The position numbers and the translations under genes were made by a program. From Candidatus Margulisiibacteriota bacterium (GTDB lineage Bacteria > Margulisbacteria > WOR-1 > O2-12-FULL-45-9 > XYB2-FULL-48-7): DNA of 64,000 bases. How positions within the stretch are numbered: position 1 is the stretch's first letter; each line of letters opens with the position of its first letter. The stretch covers positions 1,941 through 65,940 of the forward strand of contig JAHJKL010000070.1 in NCBI GenBank assembly GCA_018822365.1, given 5' to 3'. Shown piece after piece: positions 45,207 through 55,813 of the stretch. The notes beneath the pieces were generated by a model. That model saw nothing but the letters and a program-made list of their open reading frames with translations. It made no database searches and was not told the DNA's origin.

Positions 45207-47390
45207 TTAAGCATTGCCCCCCTCCTTTGGAGTTTCTTCCTTGTTTTCAGCTGTGGGGCGCTGCCAAGCGGCGTAATCGCATTTCGGGTAATTGCTGCAG
45301 CAGTAAAATATCCGCCCTTTCCTGGTCTTTTTCATCACGACATCCCCGTCGTCTTTGGGGCACTTGACCCCGATCTTGCGGAGCAATGGCTTGGTCGTTT
45401 TACAGGTGGGGTAATCTGAGCAGGCCAGGAACGAGCCAAAGCGTCCATGCTTGATAACCATCGGCTTGCCGCATTTCGGGCAATTTTCCTGGACCTCCGG
45501 GGCCGCTCCTTCCCCTTCCGGTTTTTCTACGTCCTTGGTATAAGTGCATTTTGGATAGTCGGAACAGGCATAAAAATCACCATACCGGCCCTGGCGGATA
45601 ACCAGCTTGTTGCCGCATTTCGGGCAGAGTTCGTCGGTCATGATCTCTTTTTTAACCTTTTCCATTTTGATATCCGCTTCGGCCAGCGCCGCCGCGAATG
45701 GCTTATAAAACTTTTTCAAGACGTCAACCCATTCGATCTTGTTGTCAATAATGTCGTCAAGCTGGTCTTCCATGTCGGCGGTAAAGGTAATGTCCATGAT
45801 CTCCGGAAAGTGCTTGACCAACAGCCCGTTGGTCACGACCCCGATCTCGGTCGGTTTGAGCGCCCGTCCCTCTTTCTCAACATACCCGCGGTCCTGGATC
45901 GTTGAAAGAATTGGGGCATAGGTCGACGGCCGGCCGATCCCCTTGTGCTCCAGCTCCTTGACCAAAGAAGCCTCGGTATAGCGGGCGGGGGGTTGGGTAA
46001 AGTGCTGCTCGGGCCGGACCTCTTGTTTTTTCAGCTCTTCTTTTTCCGTTAAAGCCGGGAGCCGCCCTTCTTTCTCTTCTTCTTCGTCAAAGCTTTCTTC
46101 ATACAGCTTTAAAAACCCGTCAAATTTAATGACCGATCCGGTCGACCGGAAAACATATTCTCCTGCGGCAATATCAACCGAGGTCTGGTCAAAGATCGCG
46201 CTCTCCATCTGACAGGCGACAAAGCGCTTCCAGATGAGTTCGTAAAGCCTGAACTCGTCCGGCGGCAATGCCTCTTTTATCTTTTCCGGTGTTCTGGCGA
46301 TCGAGGTCGGCCGGATCGCTTCGTGGGCATCCTGGGCCGACTTTTTGGTTTTATAGTGGTTAGCGTCCTTCGGCATATATTTACCGCCAAATTTGTCTTC
46401 AACAAAGAGACGAACTTCCTTTAAGGCCTCGTCGGAGATCCGAACAGAGTCGGTGCGCATATAAGTAATAAGACCAACCCGGCCTTCTCCTTCGACTTCC
46501 TCGCCCTCATAAAGCTTTTGCGCTAAAAGCATCGTCTTCTTGGGAGAAAACCCTAGCTTTCTGGCCGCTTCCTGCTGGAGCGAGCTGGTGATAAAAGGAG
46601 GGGCAGGATGGCGGTTCTGTTCTTTTTTGCGGACCTCCTTGACGATATACGAAGCATTTTCCAGCTCCTTCATGATCTGGTCAACCGCTTCTTTTGACGG
46701 GATTATATTATCCTTCTTTTCCGGTGATGTGGGACGACCGCCAACCGCGTGGGTCCCCTTGGCGACCAAACGGGCCGAGAACTCCTCTTCCTTCTCTGTT
46801 GCCAATTGAGCAATAACGTCCCAATACTCGATCGCCTGGAACTTCTTGATCTCCGCTTCCCGCTCGCAGATCAACCGGACAGCAACCGACTGGACACGGC
46901 CGGCCGATAAACCTTTGCGGACCTTTTTCCAAAGGAGAGGGCTAAGCTTATAGCCGACCAACCGGTCCAACACCCTCCTGGCTTGTTGAGCATTTACCCG
47001 TGCTTCATCTATCTCTCTGGGTGTTTTGATCGCCTTGGCAACCGCCACTTTAGTAATTTCGTGAAATTCTATCCGCTTCGTTTTTTTGGCTACGTCTAAA
47101 ATAGCATTAAGATGCCAAGCGATCGCTTCACCTTCCCGGTCCGGATCTGGGGCCAGATAAACCATTTTCGCCTTGGCCGCATCTTTTTTTAGTTCTTTGA
47201 CAATATTCTCTTTTCCTTTAATGATCTTATAGTTTGGCTCAAAATCATGGTCAACTTTAACCCCAAGCGATTTGGGGGGGAGGTCGCGAATATGTCCGCC
47301 GCTCGCTTTAACTTCATATTCCTTCCCTAAAAACTTTCCCAAAGTCCTGGCTTTTGCCGGGGACTCTACAATAACTAAATTTTTCGCCAT
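45207..47390 (-). CDS. topA: DNA topoisomerase I
   Basis: The N-terminus 'LVIVESPAKARTL' is followed by TOPRIM/toprim-fold motifs and C-terminal C4 zinc ribbons (CPKCG...C..C, three times). Confidence 0.9.
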   Translation of the reverse strand: MAKNLVIVESPAKARTLGKFLGKEYEVKASGGHIRDLPPKSLGVKVDHDFEPNYKIIKGKENIVKELKKDAAKAKMVYLAPDPDREGEAIAWHLNAILDVAKKTKRIEFHEITKVAVAKAIKTPREIDEARVNAQQARRVLDRLVGYKLSPLLWKKVRKGLSAGRVQSVAVRLICEREAEIKKFQAIEYWDVIAQLATEKEEEFSARLVAKGTHAVGGRPTSPEKKDNIIPSKEAVDQIMKELENASYIVKEVRKKEQNRHPAPPFITSSLQQEAARKLGFSPKKTMLLAQKLYEGEEVEGEGRVGLITYMRTDSVRISDEALKEVRLFVEDKFGGKYMPKDANHYKTKKSAQDAHEAIRPTSIARTPEKIKEALPPDEFRLYELIWKRFVACQMESAIFDQTSVDIAAGEYVFRSTGSVIKFDGFLKLYEESFDEEEEKEGRLPALTEKEELKKQEVRPEQHFTQPPARYTEASLVKELEHKGIGRPSTYAPILSTIQDRGYVEKEGRALKPTEIGVVTNGLLVKHFPEIMDITFTADMEDQLDDIIDNKIEWVDVLKKFYKPFAAALAEADIKMEKVKKEIMTDELCPKCGNKLVIRQGRYGDFYACSDYPKCTYTKDVEKPEGEGAAPEVQENCPKCGKPMVIKHGRFGSFLACSDYPTCKTTKPLLRKIGVKCPKDDGDVVMKKTRKGRIFYCCSNYPKCDYAAWQRPTAENKEETPKEGGNA

Positions 47391-47409
47391 TTGAATCTCC
47401 TTTTAAGTC

Positions 47410-47439
47410 ATGTTAACAGACCGCCCCCCACACTGTCAA
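47410..47439 (-). promoter_or_regulatory. Candidate sigma70 promoter of topA
   Basis: On the minus strand, -35 TTGACA (plus 47434-47439), an 18-nt spacer, -10 TAACAT (plus 47410-47415), then RBS GGAG nine nt before the ATG. Confidence 0.35.
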
Positions 47440-47554
47440 ACAAAGCAACTTTATTGCCATTTGGCGGGGATCACATCATTATATTAGTATCGTCAAGCAA
47501 TATAAATAATTTCGGCTTATATGTTCAACCGCATTTTTTGGCGTATTCGGGGGA

Positions 47555-49186
47555 TTAACGGTGAAATTTTTTCTCTATTTCTATCTCAGTTAAACCAAAT
47601 ATTAATGGCCGCCCGTGCGGGCAGGTAGTTGGATTTTCGGTTAAAAACAGGTTGCGGATCAATGTCGTCATTTCGACAGTAGTCATCGGTTCACCAGCCT
47701 TGACCGCTCCATGACAGGCAACCGATTTCCGTAGATTCTCCTTTTTAGCTTCTACCTGGTCGCTTTTTCCGGTTGCTAATAAATCATTGGCAATATCAAC
47801 AAACAACCCTACCCCTCCATTTTTCCCGCTGATCGCGGGTATCCCCCTTAAAATAAAACTATTTCGCCCAAATTCCTCGACCTCAAAACCAAAGGACTGA
47901 ATTAGGCTCAGGTTTTCTTTCACGACTACGGCAGCTGGCAGTTCCAATTCGATAGTTTCCGGCAGCAATAATGCTTGAACATTTACTTTTTCACCCTGGC
48001 GGCTTAACTGGTCATAAATGATCCTCTCATGCGCCGCGTGCTGATCAATAACCGACAATCCGCTTCCGTCAGTTGCCACAATATAAGCCTGTTTTAGCTG
48101 ATAAAGAGGAATAAGCGGCTGTTCCGGGCCGATCACCGCATCCGATGGGGCCTGGACCGCGGGAGTATTTTCACCCGCAAAAAAACCATCAAGCGTTTGC
48201 GGCTCCCAAACATTTTGATTATAGTTTTGAGGCTGGCGGCTAAAGTCCTGGCTACCGGATGAGACAGGGGTGATCGTTTTTAAGGCGCTCCTGGATGCGC
48301 TCCGGACAGCCTCCATCACCTCCTGATTCTTCATAAATTTTACTTCTATCTTGGTCGGGTGAACATTGACGTCTACTTCTCCGGGATCGATCGTAACCGA
48401 GAGGATCGCGATCGGATAGCGGTTGTTCGGTATATATGTCCTGTAAGTTTCTTCAAGCGCCCGATTTAAAAGAAAGCTCCTAACGTATCGGGAATTAACA
48501 AAAAAGTTCTCGTACCCCTTATCAACGCGGGAGATCGTCGGCCGACTGATCATTCCAGCTACCTTTCCGGAGCCAAAGCTATGGTTTACCGGCAGCAGCT
48601 CCCTGGCGACCGCCGCGCCGTAAACAGCGATGACCGCGGCCAAAAGATCGCCAACCCCGCTGGAAAAAAGGAGCGTTTTACCATCGGACACATATTTGAA
48701 CGATATTCCCGGATAAGCCAGGACATACTTGGCGATAATATCTCCGCACCGGCCGATCTCGGTCGCGTTTGATTTTAGGAATTTCCTGCGGACCGGGGTG
48801 TTGTGGAAAAGATCCTTTACTTCAATGGTCAGGCCGGCAGACGGGTTCTTTTCGATCTTAAGATGCGAAATGCTGGCGATCGACGGCAAAGCTTCCCCGC
48901 GAAAGCCAAGCGTCCTAATGTTAAAAAGGTCATCGACAGACCTGATCTTTGAGGTCGAATGACGCTCCAGGGAAAGAGAGATCTCTTTTTCGGTCATGCC
49001 GCAGCCATTGTCCGAGACCCTGATCAGTTTTTTTCCGCCATCCTCAATTTCAACAACGATCCGATCGGCACCGGCATCGATCGAGTTTTCAACCAATTCT
49101 TTAACAACCGAAGCGGGACGTTCAACCACCTCGCCGGCGGCGATCTTGTTGATCAAATCCTCGGGCAATAGTTTTATCTCTGGCAT
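47555..49186 (-). CDS. mutL: DNA mismatch repair protein MutL
   Basis: The start 'MPEIKLLPEDLINKIAAGEVVERPASVVKELVENSIDAGA' is at 49186. The ORF-track N-terminal extension is unlikely to be translated. Confidence 0.85.
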   Translation of the reverse strand: MPEIKLLPEDLINKIAAGEVVERPASVVKELVENSIDAGADRIVVEIEDGGKKLIRVSDNGCGMTEKEISLSLERHSTSKIRSVDDLFNIRTLGFRGEALPSIASISHLKIEKNPSAGLTIEVKDLFHNTPVRRKFLKSNATEIGRCGDIIAKYVLAYPGISFKYVSDGKTLLFSSGVGDLLAAVIAVYGAAVARELLPVNHSFGSGKVAGMISRPTISRVDKGYENFFVNSRYVRSFLLNRALEETYRTYIPNNRYPIAILSVTIDPGEVDVNVHPTKIEVKFMKNQEVMEAVRSASRSALKTITPVSSGSQDFSRQPQNYNQNVWEPQTLDGFFAGENTPAVQAPSDAVIGPEQPLIPLYQLKQAYIVATDGSGLSVIDQHAAHERIIYDQLSRQGEKVNVQALLLPETIELELPAAVVVKENLSLIQSFGFEVEEFGRNSFILRGIPAISGKNGGVGLFVDIANDLLATGKSDQVEAKKENLRKSVACHGAVKAGEPMTTVEMTTLIRNLFLTENPTTCPHGRPLIFGLTEIEIEKKFHR

Positions 49187-49193
49187 AACTGTT

Positions 49194-50489
49194 TTAAATA
49201 AATTGCCGGACCATTTCGGCAAATCCCGGGAACGAGGTTTCGATGCAATCGGTATCTTCAATTACTGTCCGGCCAGTCGCGCAAAGCCCGGCGATCGCCA
49301 TCGCCATGGCGATCCGGTGGTCGCCGGAACTTTCAATCGTTCCCCCTTTTAGCTTTACCGGCCCTGATATCCGCAAGCCATCATCAAGCTCCTCGACTGC
49401 CACCCCAAACTTACGAAGCTCCGTCGCGATCGTTTTGATCCGGTCGCTCTCTTTAACTCTTAACTCCCGGGCATCCCGGATCTCAGTAACCCCTTCCGCT
49501 TGCGACGCCAGCACGGCAATGATCGGGATCTCGTCAATAATTCTCGGGATTATCTCCCCGTCAATTTTAATGCCGTGGAGCCGGGCTGATCGGGCAACGA
49601 TCTCGCCTCGCGGTTCGCCCGATATAATAATTTCATTTTCAACCTCAACCGAGCCCCCCATGCGATGAATGATCTCTAAAATACCGGTCCTGGTCGGATT
49701 AAGTCCAACATTCCTGATCCTTAGCTCCGAGCCCGTAACCATGGTCGCCGCCGCCAAAATAAACGCGGCCGAAGAAATATCCCCCGGAACATCAACCTCT
49801 CTGGCGTTTAGTTCCTGGGTTGGCTTCAAAGTGACCAATCCACCCCGTTCGATCGTTCCCCCAAAATGTTCAATCATGCGCTCGGTATGGTCCCTTGAAA
49901 AGTTTTTCTCTCGAACGGTGGTTTCCCCCTCCGCGTATAATCCGGCCAACAGGACCGCAGATTTGACCTGGGCGGACGCGACCGGCAGTTCATAGTTTAT
50001 CCCGTGTAATTTCCCGCCATTAATTATTAAGGGAGGAAAGAGTTCTCCCTCTTTGCCCGGCATTGCTCGCCCCTGAATATCGGCCCCCATTGACCTAAGC
50101 GGTTTAGCGATCCGCCCCATCGGCCGTCGCCCGATCGACTCGTCGCCACTGATCTCTGCCGTAAAGCTCTGTCCCGCTAAAATCCCGGCAAGCAAACGGA
50201 TGGTAGTTCCCGAATTGCCGGTGTAAAGTCGTTCTCTGGGCCGGACCAACCCCCTGAGCCCCTTCCCCTTAACTCTGATCTCAGTTTTGTTTTTCTTGAT
50301 CTCGATCCCCAGCTTCCGGAAGCAGTCGATCGTCGCCAGGCAATCGGCGCTGGCCAAAAATCCGGTTATTTTGGTCTCGCCATTAGCGATAGAACCAATC
50401 ATGATCGCCCGATGGGAGATGGACTTATCTCCCGGGACGGTTATTTCCCCCGTAATGGCTTTGGCTTGCTGGACAAGGAGTTGGCTCAT
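49194..50489 (-). CDS. aroA: 3-phosphoshikimate 1-carboxyvinyltransferase
   Basis: It contains 'ITVPGDKSISHRA' and 'LGNSGTTIRLLAG'. Confidence 0.9.
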   Translation of the reverse strand: MSQLLVQQAKAITGEITVPGDKSISHRAIMIGSIANGETKITGFLASADCLATIDCFRKLGIEIKKNKTEIRVKGKGLRGLVRPRERLYTGNSGTTIRLLAGILAGQSFTAEISGDESIGRRPMGRIAKPLRSMGADIQGRAMPGKEGELFPPLIINGGKLHGINYELPVASAQVKSAVLLAGLYAEGETTVREKNFSRDHTERMIEHFGGTIERGGLVTLKPTQELNAREVDVPGDISSAAFILAAATMVTGSELRIRNVGLNPTRTGILEIIHRMGGSVEVENEIIISGEPRGEIVARSARLHGIKIDGEIIPRIIDEIPIIAVLASQAEGVTEIRDARELRVKESDRIKTIATELRKFGVAVEELDDGLRISGPVKLKGGTIESSGDHRIAMAMAIAGLCATGRTVIEDTDCIETSFPGFAEMVRQFI

Positions 50490-50529
50490 GACGCTATAAG
50501 TATACCAAACTATTGGCGACTTTCACACA

Positions 50530-51228
50530 ATGTGCTACGATAGCTTTATGGACGATTTAGGGCAAAGAATTGAGTTTCACTCCCATTCGATCTTTAGTGA
50601 CGGGCTCCTTCTCCCCGCCGCCCTGGTCCGGGAAGCCGAGGTCAAAGGGCACATGGCGCTGGCGATCACCGATCATGTTGACGAGTCGAACCTTGAATCT
50701 GTAATCAAAGCGTTAACTCATTTCGAGCGGGAGACCAAGGGAAAGCTCCCGCTTATCTTCATTCCCGGGGTTGAGCTAAGTTATATCCAACCCAAATATA
50801 TCTCGAACTACGCAAAAAAGGCCCGTAAACTTGGGGCTCGCCTGATCATTGTCCACGGCGAATCGCCGGTTGAGGCGGTCTATCCGGGGACTAACCGGGC
50901 GGCGGTCGCGGCCAATGGAATCGCCGATATTTTAGCTCACCCGGGCAAGCTTACCGCGGAAGAAGCTTCGCTGGCGGCTAAGCATGGGGTTTACCTGGAA
51001 TTGACCGCCAAGCCTGGCCACAACTCGACTAACCGCCATGTTGCCGCTCAAGCAAAGCTAGCGGGGGCAAAGCTGATCGTTGACACCGATTGCCATGATG
51101 AAAAAGGACTGATCTCCCAGGAGCAGGCCTTGCAGATCTGCAGGGAGGCTGGGTTAAGCGACGAGGAAGCCCGGATCGTGGTACGGGATAACGCGCGAGA
51201 GCTGCTTAAGAGAATCGAACGTCCATAG
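50530..51228 (+). CDS. PHP-domain phosphoesterase (candidate histidinol phosphatase)
   Basis: PHP metal-binding residues 'HSHSIFSDG' and 'ITDH' are present. It is convergent with hisD. Confidence 0.55.
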   Translation: MCYDSFMDDLGQRIEFHSHSIFSDGLLLPAALVREAEVKGHMALAITDHVDESNLESVIKALTHFERETKGKLPLIFIPGVELSYIQPKYISNYAKKARKLGARLIIVHGESPVEAVYPGTNRAAVAANGIADILAHPGKLTAEEASLAAKHGVYLELTAKPGHNSTNRHVAAQAKLAGAKLIVDTDCHDEKGLISQEQALQICREAGLSDEEARIVVRDNARELLKRIERP

Positions 51229-52474
51229 AATGGCCATGAGCATCCAGCCCTTCTACTTCGCTTAATAATTTAACATCTTTCCAAACATTTTTCAGCGCCG
51301 GCTTGGTGTAGCCGATAATGCTTTGGTGTTTTATAAAATCATAGACCCCCAGGGGAGATGAGAAGCGGGCTGTCCCGCCCGTCGGCAGGACATGGTTTGG
51401 TCCGGCGATATAGTCGCCGACCGCGACCGGTGAGTGCGGGCCCAAAAATACCGCGCCGGCGTTTTTCACTTTTTCCAGGACCCTCTGCGGCGATCCGATC
51501 TCCAAGCCCAGATGTTCAGGGGCGATCTTGTTCGATAGTTCTACCGCTTTCCCCAGGCTTTCCACGTGGAACAAATAGATCTCCGATCCTTCAATTATCT
51601 CCTGTCGTTTCAGTTTGATCTTTTGTTCGGCCAGCTCTTTCTGGACCCCGTCGATCATTGGCTTTGAAGTGGTTATCAATATTGCGACCGAGCCGGGGCC
51701 GTGTTCCGCCTGGGCCAAAAGGTCGGCCGCAATAAATTCCGGAAAAGCGTCGTCATCGGCAATGATCAAGACATCTGATGGGCCGGCCAAACTCTCGATC
51801 CCAACTACGCCAAAGACCTGTTTCTTGGCCAGCATCACGTAAATATTTCCCGGGCCGACAATTTTATCAACTCGACGAATGCTTTCTGTCCCGTACGCCA
51901 GAGCGGCTATCGCTTGTGCGCCGCCAGCCTGGTAGACCTCGTTGACCCCTACTTCTTTGGCGGCAACCAGGACATATGGGCTGATCGGCGGCGGGGAGAC
52001 CAGGACGATCTCCTTAACCCCTGCAACCTTGGCCGGGATCACATTCATCACTACTGACGACGGGTAAGTCGCCCGTCCGCCAGGGACATAAACCCCCACT
52101 CTTTCCAGCGGAACCAACCGCTGCCCCATGATCACATCCAAAGGGAGGGTTTCAAACCACTCGTCGTTTTTTTGTTTTTTATGAAAGGCGGTAATATTCT
52201 GGATCGCCTTGGTCAATGCATCAAGAAACCCGATTTTCACCTTGTCGTATGCCGCATTTATCTCATCATCGCTTATCCTGATCTTGCCCGGTAGTATTTC
52301 CACCCCATCATATTTCCTTGAGTAATCGATCAGGGCGGCATCCCCTTCCCGCCTGGTCCGGGCCACGATCTCTTTCACGGTCTTTTCTTCAGGAAATTCA
52401 CCGCTCAAGCTTTTTTGCGCAACAAGCCTCGCTACTTCTTTTTCTACTTCCGCTCCGGTTACGATCTTAAGCAT
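51206..52474 (-). CDS. hisD: Histidinol dehydrogenase
   Basis: The start 'MLKIVTG' is at 52474, an 8-nt overlap with the upstream stop. HisD motifs are present throughout. Confidence 0.85.
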   Translation of the reverse strand: MLKIVTGAEVEKEVARLVAQKSLSGEFPEEKTVKEIVARTRREGDAALIDYSRKYDGVEILPGKIRISDDEINAAYDKVKIGFLDALTKAIQNITAFHKKQKNDEWFETLPLDVIMGQRLVPLERVGVYVPGGRATYPSSVVMNVIPAKVAGVKEIVLVSPPPISPYVLVAAKEVGVNEVYQAGGAQAIAALAYGTESIRRVDKIVGPGNIYVMLAKKQVFGVVGIESLAGPSDVLIIADDDAFPEFIAADLLAQAEHGPGSVAILITTSKPMIDGVQKELAEQKIKLKRQEIIEGSEIYLFHVESLGKAVELSNKIAPEHLGLEIGSPQRVLEKVKNAGAVFLGPHSPVAVGDYIAGPNHVLPTGGTARFSSPLGVYDFIKHQSIIGYTKPALKNVWKDVKLLSEVEGLDAHGHSMDVRFS

Positions 52475-53552
52475 TGATGATCGAGCCCCTCTCAATGATC
52501 GTGTTATCGGCCAGAATAACCCCCTCGCCGATCCTGACGTCATCTTTTATCGTGCAATTAAAACCAATGATACACCCGCTTAATGAAACGTGGTTGCCGA
52601 TCTTGCAACCGTGCCAGATGATCGCCCTTTCCAGCACGGATTCGGCCCCGATCTTCACGTCATGTCCGATTATCGAATGGCCGTTTATTCTTGTCTCGGG
52701 CCCGACGATCGACCGGTCGCCGACCAATGCCGGGCCATTGATCTTTGCTGTTTTGTCGACCGCTGTTCCTTCGCCCAGCCAAACATCCTTGCCAGCCTTG
52801 CTGCCGGATATTTTTATCTCAACTTCTTCTCTTAAGATCGCTTCGTGCGCCTGACGGTATTGGGCCGGCTTGCCGATGTCTATCCAGTAGCGGTCAGAAA
52901 AGAAAGCGAACATCGGCTCGCCGCCGGCCAACAATTCCGGAAAGAGCTGCCGTTCAAAAGAATGCTCCACCCCTTTGGGGACTTTTTTAAATACTTCCGG
53001 CTCAATAATATAAAACCCGGCGTTGATCCTGTCCGTTGCCCCGTAAGCCGCGTAGAGCGAGATTTTTTCCCAGCTCGGCTTTTCCACAAAATGGGTGATC
53101 TTCCCTTCATGATCGGCAATGACCAGCCCATACGCGGTCGGATCTTCAACCTTGGTCAATGAGAGGGTCACCCTGGCCTTTTTCCTTTTATGCAGGGCGA
53201 TCATTTCAGTGAGGTTGATATCGGTTAAAATATCGCCGTTAACGACCACCAGCGGATCACGATCAAAGAACTCTTCGGCATTTTTAACCGCGCCGGCCGT
53301 CCCCAGCGGATACTTTTCGATCGAGTAATAGATCTTTACGCCAAGCTTTTTCCCGTCGTCCAGAATCTCCTGGATGTTCCCCATTAAATAGTGGAGGTTA
53401 AGGATCACTTCTTTTATGCCATGCCGCCTTAGCAGTTCGATCTGGTGCATGACAAACGGCCGGTTCACTACAGGCACGATAGGTTTTGGGGTATTGTAGG
53501 TCAGGGGCCTTAGTCTTGTCCCATATCCTCCGGCAATGATCACTGCCTTCAT
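52467..53552 (-). CDS. NDP-sugar pyrophosphorylase (mannose-1-phosphate guanylyltransferase-like) with C-terminal left-handed beta-helix
   Basis: 'MKAVIIAGGYGTRLRPLT' is the nucleotidyltransferase start, and C-terminal hexapeptide repeats follow. Confidence 0.75.
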   Translation of the reverse strand: MKAVIIAGGYGTRLRPLTYNTPKPIVPVVNRPFVMHQIELLRRHGIKEVILNLHYLMGNIQEILDDGKKLGVKIYYSIEKYPLGTAGAVKNAEEFFDRDPLVVVNGDILTDINLTEMIALHKRKKARVTLSLTKVEDPTAYGLVIADHEGKITHFVEKPSWEKISLYAAYGATDRINAGFYIIEPEVFKKVPKGVEHSFERQLFPELLAGGEPMFAFFSDRYWIDIGKPAQYRQAHEAILREEVEIKISGSKAGKDVWLGEGTAVDKTAKINGPALVGDRSIVGPETRINGHSIIGHDVKIGAESVLERAIIWHGCKIGNHVSLSGCIIGFNCTIKDDVRIGEGVILADNTIIERGSIINA

Positions 53553-54610
53553 CTGGACATTTCCTTTTTCAGCCTGGTTATCGCTTCGATCGTCGTCGGA
53601 TCGATCCCCTGAAGAATGGCGGCATAAACACTGGCAAAATCAGCCAAAAGGACCAGCGAAGCAAGGCGGGCGAACCGCGATTTCCCTTGCGAGAAAAACT
53701 CATTGATCCCGCCAAACTGCTGGCTCAAAAGAGACTTGGTTATTTCGATCCGTTTTTTTATCCGCTCATTGTCCGCCTCATCCCTTAAAATAATTAGGGC
53801 AAAGTTATATTTGTCCCTGGACATGGCAAAATAACTGGCGGTTTCGTTGTGGTTAACTTCTGGAAAAACGCTGGCAAAGGCGGGCAATTTTGTGTTTTCG
53901 TTAAACTGGTTTTTAAAGCGGTTGGCGACCGCGCCGGTCGTTCCGGCCGAGCCAATTATCACCGGGATCTTTCCGGCGATCTTTTTGGCCAACTGCTTGG
54001 CCGGGTTGCTCCGAACCGGGTTTGACGCCGAATACTCATCGCGCAGTTTTTTTATTAACGGCAAGCTCCTGAGTATCTCCGCTTCCTGCTCCTCAATCAC
54101 CCCAAGCCGGCCCAAAACCTGAAGCAAAGGAACAAAAAGGTACATCAGCGCCGCCCTCGGCTGAAAACCCGTCGGGATAAGGACCATCGGCCAATTCTTT
54201 TGCGAAGCCATCTCTTTTAGTTTCCCGCCTGAAGTAATGCAGACAACCCGCGCGCCGCGAGCCTCCGCCTGACGGACGACGGCAAGGGTCTCTTCTGTTT
54301 CTCCGGAATAAGAAACCGCAACAACGGTCGCTTCGCTATCAACGTAGTCTGGCAACGAATAATTCTTAACGATAGTCACCGGACAGGTCAGGGGAAAAGC
54401 ATCGGCCAGGATCTCCCCGGAAATACCCGACCCACCCATTCCGGAGATCACTACTAGTTTGGTCTTGAGCTTTTGTTCAATCGTGCCGATCAGCGGGAGC
54501 TTTAAGGCCGTTTCTATCATTGCCGGGACCTGTTCGACAGCAACCAGCATCTTCCCTTTGTCTATCTCGGCAACTTTTTCCTTTGTGTCTAAAAGTTCGA
54601 TCTCCGCCAT
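53549..54610 (-). CDS. Bifunctional phosphoglucose/phosphomannose isomerase (SIS domain)
   Basis: The SIS motif 'VVISGMGGSGISGE' is present. Its length and architecture match PGI/PMI. Confidence 0.7.
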   Translation of the reverse strand: MAEIELLDTKEKVAEIDKGKMLVAVEQVPAMIETALKLPLIGTIEQKLKTKLVVISGMGGSGISGEILADAFPLTCPVTIVKNYSLPDYVDSEATVVAVSYSGETEETLAVVRQAEARGARVVCITSGGKLKEMASQKNWPMVLIPTGFQPRAALMYLFVPLLQVLGRLGVIEEQEAEILRSLPLIKKLRDEYSASNPVRSNPAKQLAKKIAGKIPVIIGSAGTTGAVANRFKNQFNENTKLPAFASVFPEVNHNETASYFAMSRDKYNFALIILRDEADNERIKKRIEITKSLLSQQFGGINEFFSQGKSRFARLASLVLLADFASVYAAILQGIDPTTIEAITRLKKEMSR

Positions 54611-55803
54611 TATTCTTCAGCTTTGGCGATCTTTCCTTTCAATACCTCGATCGCCTTTTTTAATTGCGCGTCAATAAATCCTGATTTTGTTTTTAGCGCC
54701 GACTCGGCTGTTTCTTCGGCTTCGCTCGTCGGCAAGCTGACCACGACTTCCGCGGAGATCCCTTTCTTGTTAATATCTTCACCGTTGGGCGTTTGATATT
54801 TCGCGATCGTCAAAAGCAGCGCCGATCCATCCTGGAGCTGACGCACGTTCTGGACCGAAGCCTTGCCGAACGAGTGCTCCCCGACCAGGGTCGCGACCTT
54901 GTGGTCCCGCAGCGCACCAGCCAGGATCTCTGAGGCCGACGCGGACGATTCATTAATCAGCATCACGACCGGCTTTTTCCAGATCACCCTGCCGGTAGAT
55001 TCCAGCAGCTCCCTTTTCCCTTCGCGGTCAACGGTCTGGACGATCGTTCCGTTAGGAATGAACATGCTCCCGATCTCTATCGCCATTTGCAGCAGCCCTC
55101 CACCGTTCCCCCTGACGTCGATGATCAGCCCGTCGGCCTCTCGGTTCTCCCGCATCGCTTTTTCAACTTCCCGGGCGGTGTTCATGTTCTCAAAGGTGTT
55201 AAGTTTTATATAAAGAATGTTTGGCTCATATCTTTTTACGACGACGCTTTTGATCACGATCTTGTCCCTGCCTAAAATATAATCCCTGGTTTCCTTCCAG
55301 CCTTTCCGCCAAATCGCCAGCTTAACCTTGCTGCCGCGCGGGCCCCTGATCATGCTGACCGCTTCGTCCAGTGCCATATGCTTTGTTTCTTTTTCGTCGA
55401 TCTTTATGATCTTGTCTCCCGCCCGCAACCCGGCCTTATCCGCAGGAGTCCCATCGATCGGAGAAATGACCGCCAGCTGGTTGTCTTTCATCCCAATGTA
55501 AATACCTATGCCGAAATATTGCCCGCTCATCCTGATCTTCATTTCTTTGTAGGGCTGCGGCTCAAGAAAACGGGTATATGGATCATCAAGAGATTCCAGC
55601 ATCCCCCTGATCGAACCATATACCATTTTTTGGCTGTCGACTTTTTTATCCACATAATCATTCCTGACCAGGTCCAAAGCCTGCAGGTAAACTTCGAATT
55701 TTCTCTCAAACTCTCCCTGGGCGACCCCTTTACCGATAAAAAAAGCGGTTACCGAGATCATAACTATCGCAATCCCCACCTGGAACTTTTTATTGTTAAT
55801 CAT
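54610..55803 (-). CDS. ctpA: Carboxy-terminal processing (S41) protease with PDZ domain
   Basis: The S41 motifs are 'LIDVRGNGGG' and 'SASASEILAGAL'. The ATG at 55803 has a GGAGGG RBS. Confidence 0.8.
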   Translation of the reverse strand: MINNKKFQVGIAIVMISVTAFFIGKGVAQGEFERKFEVYLQALDLVRNDYVDKKVDSQKMVYGSIRGMLESLDDPYTRFLEPQPYKEMKIRMSGQYFGIGIYIGMKDNQLAVISPIDGTPADKAGLRAGDKIIKIDEKETKHMALDEAVSMIRGPRGSKVKLAIWRKGWKETRDYILGRDKIVIKSVVVKRYEPNILYIKLNTFENMNTAREVEKAMRENREADGLIIDVRGNGGGLLQMAIEIGSMFIPNGTIVQTVDREGKRELLESTGRVIWKKPVVMLINESSASASEILAGALRDHKVATLVGEHSFGKASVQNVRQLQDGSALLLTIAKYQTPNGEDINKKGISAEVVVSLPTSEAEETAESALKTKSGFIDAQLKKAIEVLKGKIAKAEE

Positions 55804-55813
55804 CGCTTCCCTC

